DNA of 64,000 nt from Octopus bimaculoides. Lineage: Eukaryota. The position numbers and the translations under genes were made by a program. Below are positions 13,246 through 25,930 of the stretch, piece by piece (the stretch's first letter is position 1; every line of letters begins with the position of its first letter). The notes beneath the pieces are model-generated. The model saw only the letters and a list, made by a program, of their open reading frames with translations, was not told the DNA's origin and did not search any database. The stretch is taken from contig NC_068981.1 in the NCBI RefSeq assembly GCF_001194135.2, positions 190,911,555 to 190,975,554 of the forward strand, in the 5' to 3' direction.

Positions 13246-13362
13246 AGCTGTCATATCCTGGATGTTCTGCTGGACCAAGAGTGCATCTATGTGTACTCAG
13301 GACAACATAAACACTGAGAACTATTACTGAATGCATATTTATTGATGTTAAGCCATACTTAC

Positions 13363-13480
13363 TTGCAAGTGACAGTCAGGTGTACTATACATTATTCCAT
13401 AGTTTCCAAACGAGTTTAGGTTCTTACCAAACACACAGTTTTTCAGACAAACTATAAAGCTGTTTGAGCAAAATAGTATA
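13363..13480 (-). CDS. Weak candidate exon (alternative donor at 13428)
   Basis: tttttcataatagttgcag|TATACT...; donors CAA|gtaagt (118 bp, open frame ILFCSNSFIVCLKNCVFGKNLNSFGNYGIMYSTPDCHLQ) or TTG|gtaaga (53 bp, YTILLKQLYSLSEKLCV). Confidence 0.25.
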
Positions 13481-13919
13481 CTGCAACTATTATGAAAAAG
13501 TTCACNNNNNNNNNNNNNNNNNNNNNNNNNNNNNNNNNNNNNNNNNNNNNNNNNNNNNNNNNNNNNNNNNNNNNNNNNNNNNNNNNNNNNNNNNNNNNNN
13601 NNNNNNNNNNNNNNNNNNNNNNNNNNNNNNNNNNNNNNNNNNNNNNNNNNNNNNNNNNNNNNNNNNNNNNNNNNNNNNNNNNNNNNNNNNNNNNNNNNNN
13701 NNNNNNNNNNNNNNNNNNNNNNNNNNNNNNNNNNNNNNNNNNNNNNNNNNNNNNNNNNNNNNNNNNNNNNNNNNNNNNNNNNNNNNNNNNNNNNNNNNNN
13801 NNNNNNNNNNNNNNNNNNNNNNNNNNNNTATATATATATATATGGAAAACGAACATTAAATGATATATGTGTGTGTTATAATTTCATTACTTGGTCATGC
13901 TCTACCAAGTAACCTTTAC

Positions 13920-13994
13920 TCCTTATGGCAACCAAATTCACTGACATTTTCCCAACACTCTTGGATTGGCAGACGTAAGATCTTCCTATTTTCC
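13920..13994 (-). CDS. Weak candidate exon (xENRKILRLPIQECWENVSEFGCHKx)
   Basis: aattacttgtttcag|GGAAAATAGG...AAGGA|gtaaag; 75 bp; phase compatible with the 118-bp candidate at 13363-13480. Confidence 0.25.
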
Positions 13995-14960
13995 CTGAAA
14001 CAAGTAATTTTATGAGACTGAATTAGTCTGAAGAAAACCAATTAATCCGTTAATTAACCTGCAAATAGGTACTTTTTTTTTAATTGGTAATTTTATAAGA
14101 GTATAATGTTATTTGAGCATTCTAGGCTAAGATGAATTACTAAGTGACACCATCTGCATGAAAAACAATAGTTAAGCTTGTGGTGGATGGTGTCTCAGAA
14201 TAGATAAGCTCAATATTTTCTTTATTTTAAAATTATGTCAGTTTTTCATGAAATAGCATAACATCTTTTGATTGATTCATTTTTCACAACTTCAGTAAGT
14301 ACAGTAGAGTTAATTCTTTACTGAGGAGGTCAAATAAACCTGAAACTTGTTTTGAGTTGTCTCCCTTGATTGTTGAAATTACTAAAATGATATTAGCCAT
14401 TGAGATCATACATTGTCTTATCTTTACCACATGAATATATCTAATTGGATCTTAGATGTTTGAAAGAGACCATATTTATGAACTACTCTTCCTCTTTTAT
14501 CTGGCTATGTTATCAGTCATTAAATGAGGTTATCTTGGAAGTCTTATAACAGACAGAGTAAAATAAAAGTTTTGTATGGTTTCTAACTTATAATCTTTCA
14601 TTGCAACAATTTTCTTCATCAGTTTCTATGAAATAAGGGTTATAAAGTATAATATAACCATTTCCCTAGAGCTAATGTCATTGTCGAGCATCATGTTGAT
14701 GATGTAAGATGTTTTAAACATCAAATGTAAACATTAGTTATAACACCATCTTTCTGAGAGAAATTTGCATAAAACTTGCTGGTGTAGAACCATGGGAAGT
14801 AAATCAAACATAACATTAAATAATGGGGTTTAGTAACGCAATTTAACGCCAAATAATAGATTTACACAGAAGCTGATACCAGAGAATAATAGAGATTGTT
14901 AAGCATTAAAATTATCCAAGTCATGTTTCATCTCATGTAATTTTCTAACTATTCTGTTAC

Positions 14961-15020
<60 letters not shown>
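14961..15020. repeat. (TTA)n microsatellite
   Basis: Direct reading. Confidence 0.95.
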
Positions 15021-15021
<1 letters not shown>

Positions 15022-15424
15022 TAATATTATTATTCATTATTACTGTAGCAGATTCTACAGTATCGTGCTAATTTATTGTGGTCTATGGCATCTTTCAATT
15101 CTCAGTTGTATCCCATACACTATTATTAATGCTAAGCAAGCATTTTAGGAGAGTCACTGTAATCATAAATGTCTATAGAAAAATGATGAACTAATGACTG
15201 AGTGTCAATGTGGTTGGTTTCATGAGCTCTTGGAAATAGTGACCAAATCACCTTCAAATCACAACCTGTTATCTTCAAAAAGGAAGGATAGCAGATAATG
15301 TAAGTCTGGTTCTAATATCATCATCATTGTTTTAATGTCCACTATTCTATGCCTGTATTGGTCAAAGAATTCAAGGAAAATAGTTTCTACTACTGGATGC
15401 CCTTCTTGTGGCAGGTTTCTCACT

Positions 15425-16025
15425 GGAGCAAAATCCTGCTTCGGTGTATTTTTACTGTTAGAATGTCATAGTAGTGTTTGTAATTCAGTTCAGAACAAAT
15501 TGCAGGAGGGACTTCGGTTGGAAAGAACTGTTCCAATCTCCTCCCATTTTCTCTTCTATGTTTACATCCTGGGTCTACCTCTTCCACAGGTACCCTCAAC
15601 CGCAAGGCTGAAACATACACATATACTTGATGTTTTTACTCAGGAGGACAGACTCAGTATTTCCCACCAGGTAAAGAAATTGAAATATCAGGACTTAGTA
15701 GATGAGGCTCTTGTCAAGGGTTGGCATACAGCCTCATTCCCCATCGACGTCAGTTGCTGTGGCTTTCCACTGTGATCAGTGAGCTGTTTCCTACAGAAGA
15801 TAGCTCTGCAACACAGACAACTGAAGAAAGCCATCAAGGAAAAGGCATGGCAACTAAAACTAGCTCAAAATATCTATGATTGATAAGAGATCACAAGTGT
15901 AACCCTTTCACAGGTGAAGACTAGCTCAGTCCTCACTGCTCAACTCAGGTGAAACATACAGGCTAAGGAGTGAAACACTTATGACCTTGAGATACCTGCT
16001 GACAGAAGGGTCTCTAGTGTTGCAA
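15425..16025 (+). mobile_element. Decayed Hero-clade (RLE) LINE 3' end
   Basis: KKLKYQDLVDEALVKGWHTASFPIDVSCCGF resembles the Hero-type KYxDLxxExxxxGWxxxxxPVEVGCRGF motif; putative 3' UTR follows. Confidence 0.65.
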
Positions 16026-17054
16026 TGGATTTAGAAGGGCTTGCAAAAAAATAAAAAACCCTCAGTAGCTCCTGCACGGGGCAAAGTGTATCTGATGCTT
16101 ATTTCACCTATCAAAGAACTTCCACTCAAAGATATTAGTCAACATTATATTGTTGACTTAAGTGCTACGCAGTATTTGAACCTGGAACCATGTTGCAAAG
16201 CATACTTCTTAATTGCAAAGCCAAGCCTGCACCCATTAAGCATGATGTTATGGCATTATAAAGAAATATATCTTACAATGCATTATTTATAATGATATCA
16301 CCATCTTTGCTTAGTAATTAACCAATTACTTCTAATTAATTCATTATCATTGTCACCGGCTGCCAAGTTACTTTTTGAAACCTTCTTATGATACCATTTT
16401 TTTTCTGGAAGAGTTTTTACTGGAACATGTGAATGAGTGAAATGTGTGCATTGTTATATTGGACTAAATATTGGAGCAGATGAGAAACAATATGACTTTT
16501 GTACAAAATTGCACTTTGTAATTAATATAATTACTGTCATTTGCTAATCATTAACAGATTTCCCTCTTTATCTCAAGCATATTTTTAAAAGAACAAGAGA
16601 TGAAATGTGAAAAAAAATCTTTCTATGACACACGCATTTTATTTTTCAGCTGCGTTGATGCAATACAGTATACGATGCACATTTTTCAAACAAAGGAAAA
16701 AGAAAGTCTCAAAATAAAATGACCCTGGGTTTTGTATGCAAGATTGATTTAAACCTCAAATGCTTTAATGCACTAAAAACGTTTCTCCTGAATATGCTCT
16801 GCTGAAATTAAGGTGCATCTAAAATGCTTGTGTGTTTTTTTATGCCATCAAATACAGTAATTCCTTTTGATTATTTACAAAGCCTTTTAAGGGACTCTAA
16901 ATGAAACTTTGTAACATCATTCAGGTTCCTTCAAATAGTTTCACATAGAAATAGTTCTAATTTTGGCACAAGGCTAGCAATTTTCATGGAAGAGATTTGG
17001 TCACTTGCACCAGTCCTAGCACTTGGCCTGGCTCTCTGACAGTTACGGCGACAA

Positions 17055-17350
17055 ATGTTGTTCCAGTCGATCCAATCAATACAGCAGCTTGCTTGTGGAG
17101 TTAACTTGCAAGTGGCTGAGCACTCCACAAACCTGCATACCATTAATGTAGTTCTCAGGTAGATTCAGTGGAACAACAGAATGTGACAAGGCTGGCCCCT
17201 TTGTAATTACAGGTACCACTCATTTTTGCCTACTGAGTGGACTAGAACTATGTGAAATAAAGTGTCTTGCTCAAGGACACAAAGTACTGCCAAGAATTGA
17301 ACTTGTGATCTTACGATCATGAGCCAAATGCTCTAACCACTGAGCTACCT
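17055..17350 (-). mobile_element. SINE family C
   Basis: ttccagtcgatccaatc...gtgtcttgctcaaggacac...tctaaccactgagc. Confidence 0.8.
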
Positions 17351-17749
17351 GTCTTCATTTGACTGGTACTTTATTTTATCAACCGCAAAAGGATGAAAGA
17401 CACAGTTGACTTCAGTGAGATTTGAACTCAGATCATTAAAAAGTTTAAGTTGAACATAAAATTGTATTGGCCTCATCTGTTTAGGATACGCTGCAAAGAC
17501 CATAGCTACTTCACTGTCTCACTGCCAAAACAAATTAAATCAAAAACAAGGATGAACAGAATTGTAGGTAATCAAATATTAACCATTAAATAAATTTCTT
17601 GTCTGAAATTTACAGAAATTTTATTGAGAAGTTTACCAAACATGTTGGCTCCAGCTGAAGAAAATTGGTTAGCATTCTATTCCCTGTGTTCTATGTTGAT
17701 ATAGGAATGAATATTATTATATCAGTAAGTGGAATTGACTCAAACTCAC

Positions 17750-17831
17750 CAAGACAGACAACACTGTTTACTATTCTGCTGTCGCCAGAATTGGTATTAA
17801 AAAATGTCCATACAAACATGCAAAAATATTT
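17750..17831 (-). CDS. Weak candidate exon (KYFCMFVWTFFNTNSGDSRIVNSVVCLx)
   Basis: ctttgtgctgcag|AAATAT...CTTG|gtgagt; 82 bp; one open frame. Confidence 0.25.
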
Positions 17832-19439
17832 CTGCAGCACAAAGTTTTCAATATTTTCAGTGAATTGCAATAATTAATTTTAGAAAATAAGATAGAATTT
17901 AGCTTAGAAAAAAAAATTGAAAAAATGTTTCTTTTTGTTGGAATATTTTTCTAGTGTTAAGAAACATTGTCCTAAACAGGACTGTGTTATAGTATCTGAT
18001 ATAGACAAACTAGTTATCTAATATAGAATGGAGACTTTTGGCCTCCAGAGACACGGAAATTCTGATGGAATCAAGTAGATGTTTTCCATGATAAATTCAT
18101 TTTTTGTAATTGTCTTTGATTTTGTTTTTGCTGATAAACTAATTATTGTAACTTTGTGTGACGTTTAATTAGACACATCAATCATATCACAACTTATTGT
18201 AAACCAGGAGGATGTTAGGTGTGTCTGGTTGGGAGCTGCAAGTCAGTGGGGGAAGGATTTTTCAATAATGTTTTCACACCATGGAAATGTGGAGCATGCA
18301 GTGATGGGAGTTGTACGCTTGGTGTGTTTGTATGGATCGGGATGTGAAGAGGGTGAAACATGTTTGGCACTGGTGCAGTTCTCCTCTTCAGTAGTAAGGT
18401 AAAACTAAAAGGCAATAAAAGAACTACTAGTGAGGGACAATCATCATCATCGTCATCATCATTTTAACATCTACTTTCTCATGCTCATATAGGCTGGATG
18501 GAATTTGTTGTGGTGGATTTTCTAAGGCCAGTTGCCCTTCTTGTTGACAACGCTCACCTATTTCCAAATAAAGTAATACTTCACTGTGAGCAAATATATT
18601 TTGAGGCAAAATTAACTGCTATTTCTAGTAGATAGAGGAACCATGTAGAGGTAATTTTATTGGCTTCTTAATCAGTTAGTGTAGATAGATGCTACACATA
18701 ATGACTAGTGTATCTTATCTGTTACAAGGTCAGAAGAGACACCCCCACCCCCCGCTGGCCAAACTGATTCACAAACTTTTTGAAGTAGTCAAGATAGTTT
18801 TAGGAAAGTTAGTTCAGAATGGGAGGTCGCTTAAATACAGTCTGTGTATGTGTCACAAAAACCAAAGACTAATGAAGTGCATGGCTAAAAATTAAATCAC
18901 CCACTTCACTTGATTTCTTTCCGTTTCTTTTAGAAAGATCTTGTAAATGCTCTCTCTACCCTGTAGTCTGGTGGATATAAAATGTAAAGTAGACCAGGTG
19001 TAAATGGAGCTTATGACATTGTTATAGCAAGATTAGTTTTAGCAGAAATTTCTGTGAAGAATTTCAAGTACAGCTAGGGTTAATTCTTCAGCTTACTCCT
19101 CCTGTTCATTAGATTGCTTAATTCTATTATGCAAGATTATAAAACGATGAAGACTGGATGTCTTGGGGGATTACCCAATTCACATAGTTGATAATCTGAT
19201 TCTTGGAGCTGAATCTGTCAAGCATTTAAAACATGATTTGCATTGCATCTATAACGCACACACACACACACACTACAACATGCTCAACTATGACCATGTC
19301 ACTTCTTTACAATGGCATCCACATAATTTCATTTCATAATGGAAAGCACGAGTGAATTAGGAATGTCGAGGCTGTGGTTTATATCTATCCCTATGTCTTT
19401 CTTTCTCTTCTTCTTTATATAGGTGTGTGTGTGTTTGTG

Positions 19440-19832
19440 TGTGTGTATCTGCCAGAGACCTTCCGTGATATGTTGTGCTTGAGAAGACACGTCAAGCCAA
19501 GTGAAATCATAGTTGAGGCTGTTGCCAGTGTTATGTAAATGGGACCTGTGAAATTGTAATCATGACTGTTGTCAGTGTCTTGAAAATGGCACCTGTGAAA
19601 TTGTAGTCATGGCTGTTACCGGTGTCATGTAAATGGCACCCATAATGGTGGCAGGTAAAAAGCACCCATTATACTCTCGGAATGGTTGGCATTAGAAAGG
19701 ACATCCAGCCATAGAAACCATGTGAAATTAGACTGGAACCTGGTGCAGCTCTCTGGCTTACCAGTTCCAGTCAAACTGTCTAACCCATGCCAACATGGAA
19801 AGCAGACAGTAAATGATGATGACAATGATGTG
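19440..19832 (+). mobile_element. Family B copy
   Basis: ggttggcattagaaaggacatccagcc...ccaacatggaaagcagacagtaaatgatgatg. Confidence 0.8.
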
Positions 19833-19854
19833 CATATATGTGTGTGAGTGTGTG

Positions 19855-19891
<37 letters not shown>

Positions 19892-19894
19892 ATA

Positions 19895-20106
19895 TATATA
19901 TAAATCATTATTATGATTGACCGTTGACTGAACACTATTCAATTTTTTTTCTCTGTGTTTTTCTCCTTGTCTCCGTATTCTTTCTGTTGAAGAGCGTAGC
20001 TCGAAACGTCAAAGACTTTCCGTATTCCCGAGCACCATACTAATACATCCTTTTGTTATTTACACCACCTGTCCTCGTCTATTGTTGTTTTTTCGTACAT
20101 TCTCCC

Positions 20107-20108
<2 letters not shown>
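19895..20108 (+). mobile_element. Penelope-type terminal repeat fragment with hammerhead-like motif
   Basis: ctgttgaagagcgtagctcgaaacg in a pyrimidine-rich segment ending at (TA)n. Confidence 0.45.
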
Positions 20109-20139
<31 letters not shown>

Positions 20140-20249
20140 GTTAATCAATATGTCCTTTGAAAATAAAGTGTACAGGATTTCAGATAAATGCTCTTGATAT
20201 GAGAAATAACTAAAGCCTTAAAGGTATTTACAGATTCAATTAGAGTGAT

Positions 20250-20583
20250 TATATTAGAAAGTAAAAGTAGGAGAAATTATATCATAAAAGTCACAGGAGA
20301 GATACGTCCGTAATATAAACACTATTGTATTAATAAATAAATATATAAAGTATAACTATGATCATTTAAAACGTTTTGAGAGATGTTACGATCGTTTCAT
20401 GAATATACTACCTTTTGAAAGTTAGTATATTCATAAAACGATCGTAAGATCTCTCAAATCTTTTTAAATGATCGTAGTTATACTTTATATATTTATTTAT
20501 TAATACAATAGTGTTTATATCACGGACGTATCTCTCCTGTGACTTTTATGATATAATTTTTCCTACTTTTACTCTCTAATATA
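20250..20583. repeat. 334-bp palindrome (fold-back or MITE-like)
   Basis: Arms 20250-20416 and 20417-20583 are reverse complements with no indels and about 10 mismatches by manual count. Confidence 0.95.
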
Positions 20584-20646
20584 TGTGTGTGTGTGTATGC
20601 ATATATATGTATATGTGTGTGTGTATATTTATTTATTTATTTATTT

Positions 20647-20718
<72 letters not shown>

Positions 20719-20989
20719 TTATATATATATACACACATTTATATATATATATATATACAGAGCAGGGCATAAGTCCGTTAATCGTTAATTGACAAAGTTA
20801 ACATTTTCATTAACAGCTTAGATTTTAAGTTAACTTCGAAAATCATTATCAGACTAATTACCTTCTCTTACATTTAGCTTCTTTTAACTCAAGTCCATTA
20901 ACCCAAACATTTCAATAAAACCAGTATATGTTTAAAAATTTCTATTGTTTTCAGATTGTTTGATCATATTTAATATTGTACGCATCATT

Positions 20990-22240
20990 CTTTCAATCCC
21001 GATATAACGCCACATATTATAAATAACTTGTAGGACCTCGTTTGGCCCTGCCTGAATTTGAAACCAAATCCACCCACTTGTTGCTTGCAAAGACAGCAGG
21101 AAATTTCTTTGTCCTGTCAAGAGGGAACAGTGATTGATGTGTTTCCACTTGATCCATGACCTTGCTCTGTCATAGAGAGTTCAAATGGACAGCAAATAAC
21201 CTACATTAGTATAAGCTATGCTTATAATGGTATATCCATCTTTCTAGCTGGAATTCAATTATTATGAATGCCAGTGCTCTGTAAGTGAGAAATCAGAGAG
21301 AATCTTGACCGCCACACTGTGAATGATTCTTGACTGCTGCTCAAGGCAGACAACTATAGCAGCCAGAACTGGCTTTTTTCTTTCAGAAAGCACAGAACTG
21401 GGAGAAAATTAACTGAGGTGGATGTCAACAGAGAACATATTGACTGCCATAAAGTAGAAAAAATAAATGGAAGGAAAAAAGTTGGTAAATATTTCAGTGT
21501 GAATGCAAATAGCTGTTACATGGTAGCAGGGCATGCTAGAAATAGCAGCCAAATCTTTCCTTTTCTGGAAAAAGGAGCCATTTACACATGATTTCAATGT
21601 CTCATTCATTGAAAGCATGTAAAATAACCTGGAAAAGAAAAAAGACCCATGAAACAAAACTCCCTTGGTGGGAAACTTCAAGGTCCCAACCTTTCAAGAC
21701 CTACCTCTATATATATCAGTTTGACAACTCAGCCTCCACAGTATTCAAATTTTGTAGGTGTAGAACATGTCCAATTCTGAAGGATGGAGACTGCTAAACT
21801 GTCATTAAATACATGTGAGAAAGGAGCAAGACAATCTGTGATTTGCTATACTTGCAAAGACCCACTCAGATAAGTCAAATTGCAACCATAAAGGCATGTC
21901 CTTTTATGTCCATGCCCCTTTCCAGTTCCAACACACAATTTGCACCCCGCAATCCACCAACAAACCTCTCCACAATCCATGTTCACCAACTGCAGCATTC
22001 CCCTACACACTTTTCCTCACATACCTACATGCACACAATATCTCCATCAAATCTCTTCCCCACAGCTTATCTTCTACCTTCCTCTACCTGTGCCCACCCA
22101 TCACTCCTCCTTTATCTACCATTCTCCTCTCATAATCTTGTGACCCCACCCACACACACCCTCTCCACACTCGCCTTTACCTCCACCTTCTCTCACTCTC
22201 CACGCACTCTTCACCTGAAGCAGCCATGTTTCCCCCTCTA
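20990..22240 (+). mobile_element. Highly decayed Penelope-like element remnant
   Basis: Scattered motifs TSFGPA (cf. MGTSFGPAYA), EFKWT, and STVFKFCRCRTCPIL (cf. PLE Cys linker), then a C/T-rich tail related to 40860-41280. Confidence 0.35.
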
Positions 22241-22489
22241 ATGCAAGATTCCTTTTTTCTGTCCCTCAATTCTACCCTGGCCCCTTAATAGCTGGCATCA
22301 GGAAGGGCATCCCAGCCATTGGAAACCATGCCGAAACAGAGAGCAGGGATTAGTGCTATCTTCTGACTTGGCATTTCCTGTAGAACCATCCAACCCATGC
22401 CAGAATGGAACATGGGCGTTACATGATGATGATGTTAGTCTAACCAAATGTCTGCAGTTCTTTCTTTTATTTCTTCACTTACTACTCAC

Positions 22490-22524
<35 letters not shown>

Positions 22525-22682
22525 ATAGATTCTTCCCAAACTAGACTGCAGTAATTAAGCGTTGCCTGAGCTTAATTAGGTTACCTGCAAAGAAAACCAG
22601 ACAAGCAATCCCCAAAGACTGAATCCACACACACTTTCCACTTTACAAGAATGAAGGACGACCCAGAATAATAAGAGAAACA

Positions 22683-22806
22683 TCATCATCATCATCATCA
22701 TCGTTTAACGTCCGCTTTCCATGCTAGCATGGGTTGGACGATTTGACTGAGGACTGGTGAAACCGGATGGCAACACCAGGCTCCAGTCTGATTTGGCAGA
22801 GTTTCT
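22683..22806 (-). mobile_element. Young family B tail running into a gap
   Basis: Sequence identical by eye to the tail at 57215-57340. Confidence 0.9.
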
Positions 22807-23465
22807 NNNNNNNNNNNNNNNNNNNNNNNNNNNNNNNNNNNNNNNNNNNNNNNNNNNNNNNNNNNNNNNNNNNNNNNNNNNNNNNNNNNNNNNNNNNNNN
22901 NNNNNNNNNNNNNNNNNNNNNNNNNNNNNNNNNNNNNNNNNNNNNNNNNNNNNNNNNNNNNNNNNNNNNNNNNNNNNNNNNNNNNNNNNNNNNNNNNNNN
23001 NNNNNNNNNNNNNNNNNNNNNNNNNNNNNNNNNNNNNNNNNNNNNNNNNNNNNNNNNNNNNNNNNNNNNNNNNNNNNNNNNNNNNNNNNNNNNNNNNNNN
23101 NNNNNNNNNNNNNNNNNNNNNNNNNNNNNNNNNNNNNNNNNNNNNNNNNNNNNNNNNNNNNNNNNNNNNNNNNNNNNNNNNNNNNNNNNNNNNNNNNNNN
23201 NNNNNNNNNNNNNNNNNNNNNNNNNNNNNNNNNNNNNNNNNNNNNNNNNNNNNNNNNNNNNNNNNNNNNNNNNNNNNNNNNNNNNNNNNNNNNNNNNNNN
23301 NNNNNNNNNNNNNNNNNNNNNNNNNNNNNNNNNNNNNNNNNNNNNNNNNNNNNNNNNNNNNNNNNNNNNNNNNNNNNNNNNNNNNNNNNNNNNNNNNNNN
23401 NNNNNNNNNNNNNNNNNNNNNNNNNNNNNNNNNNNNNNNNNNNNNNNNNNNNNNNNNNNNNNNNN

Positions 23466-23667
23466 TACCCTGACTGGCTCCTGTGCTGGTGGCACATAAA
23501 AAGCACCCACTACACTCTCGAAGTGGTTGGCGTTAGGAAGGGCATCCAGCTGTAGAAATACTGCCAGATCAGACTGGAGCCTGGTGCAGCCTCCTGGCTT
23601 CCCAGACCCCAGTCAAACCGTCCAACCCATGCCAGCATGGAAAACAGATATTAAACGATGATGATGA

Positions 23668-23670
<3 letters not shown>
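23466..23670 (+). mobile_element. Family B copy
   Basis: gtggttggcgttaggaagggcatccagctgtagaaa...attaaacgatgatgatg. Confidence 0.88.
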
Positions 23671-23720
<50 letters not shown>

Positions 23721-25930
23721 CATAAATATAATGAAATTATATATTTGTTTGTCTCTCACACATTCTCTCTCTCTCTCTCTCTTTCTCTTCTCTGTCTCTT
23801 TGTTAATATACTTATTTAAACGTGTCATACCAAAATTCCCCAAAGAAGATATTTAAGTTACAAATTCAATTCAATTCATAGAAATAAATCAAGCTTTACT
23901 CATCAGCAAAGAGAGTTAATGTACTTAATTTTACTTCAGTATGTAAATATTAGCAAGTTATCTACACATGCTAGTTACAATCTAGGCTCTTTATTTATTA
24001 TCTAGACTCTTTGGTTATTATCTACACTCTTTAGCAATGGTTGCATACTCTCTGTTCTAATTAATTTGATAAATTTCTTCAGATAACTACAGTTTGTTAT
24101 CTTTTCATACAATTTATAATTATTGATTATTCAGCCTGAATAATTCAGTATTCCCTATTGATTTATTTTCTAATTATGGATTTTTAATTATTAATCTCAT
24201 TACAGTTTTCTTTCAGATAATATTGATAATTGTATAAAAGTTATAGCCAACCAAATTGATAAAGTGTCGCTAATATGATATTTAATTCTCATTGGCTCGC
24301 TCCACTTAGCTATATAAAGTTATTGTGGATGAGTTACAGAGGGAACTTCAATGTTACTACCCTATTTGCTGGAAACAATCACCAAACATCCCTTAAATCA
24401 CACTCTACTGTCTTTAGAAAGGAATGAACACATTAACTAACTGGGATTCTTTTGGTTACAACAACGGGGGTTTCAGTTTGTCTGATCAGTGGAAGTGCAA
24501 GTGGCTGCAAACTCCCTAATTTTTCAATAGATTACTCCTGCTCATTAGCATATAAGAGCCCCTAAAGTTAACTAATCCTTAAAGCTTTTGTCAGAACAGG
24601 TATGGATGTGTGGTTTAGAAATTTGCTTGATGGATAAATGTCTTCTATTGTAGCCTTGGGTTAGTCACCCCATATCCTGGTTGGTAGATGGAAATGAGAA
24701 GCTTGACAGAGGCACCATTTCTGCTTTTGGAATGATAAACTTAATGCAATGTCCAATTTAGTATGACCACCTATTCCACTGATTCCTTTTGGTGGAGCCC
24801 ATTTTATTACAATCATTTGGGTCCCAGTCTTTGATCTAGAGATAACTTTCCCATCCCCTCCCCTTCCCTTTGGAAGCCTTGAAAAGGTCATGAATGCTGT
24901 TGTTTCTTCCTTGACTAAATCCATTAAAATAAAAACTTAAAACAAAACACAACCCCTAACATTGGTCGTTGTTACTCAATTACAGTAGCCAACATAGGGT
25001 GCCTCTATGTGGTTGCTTGATCTGCTAAAAATGGCTACTAAATTATCTCTAAATCAAACTGTACCAGCTTAATTAAAGAAGGACATACTGGATAATGTTG
25101 TTTTAAACACATAAATGGAAGAAAAACAGGGGTAGGATGCTTCTGAGCATAGGGCTTCGAAATTAGAACTGAGCTAAGTTTCAACTATTACAGCATATTC
25201 TTGGTGTCCACCACACTACTTTGTCCAACCCATACAAGCATGATAAAATGTACATTAAAATGATGATGAGAAGGAATTTGCCTTTTATGAATAACACAAT
25301 TGTTACTACCAATTGTCATCTTATTCATATCTTTGAGGGATAATTTTTATTTTTAATCATTCTTTGTTCAATAGCAATAGTTTATCATATCTGACTTTCA
25401 TTAGTGAAAGTTCGTTAAGCATGTACAACATATTAAATATATTGAATTTCGTAGGGAGGGGTGGGCGCTTTTTGTTTTTGCTTTTTTGGTTTTTTTGCAT
25501 AGTTAATTTTGGAGAACACAATGAAATTCATTATGGATTTTAGAGCTTTAAAAAAAAATGGATTTTCCCTTATACATTACTTTTTCTTTTCCTTTGCAAT
25601 GAAATTAGTTTTGTTTTAAATATTCATTCAGAATGTGTTGATGTATTTGCAAATAGAAATGAAACAATATCACATATGTTCATTGTAACATTGTTCTATA
25701 AACTCACTGAAAAACACAACTGAGGCACTCGAATGTTACAACTTGCTCAGTTTATTTTTAATGAATTACATGGTTATTGTCTAACAACTTAAATAAGAAT
25801 CACAAGATGTTCTCTTTCTCAAGAGAATCTCATTCTTTATATATCAAACAGAGAAAATCTAATAATTTCCCAAGTAAAATTTAGTTGCTTAATATAAAAG
25901 TACATCTTCTGTTTTGTGTTGAAATTTTTA

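Noticed and set aside
13063-13336. SL/ER-, IY-, TH/CV- and N-repeat ORFs throughout the window
   Set aside because: Translations of (CT)n, (TA)n, (CA)n and (AAT)n microsatellites
11329-13863. Long ORF-track entries (up to 435 aa) here and at 22698-23555, 44129-44867, 51091-51635, 57290-57932
   Set aside because: Length comes from N gaps translated as X; only the R4/Dong and RTE portions are real coding remnants
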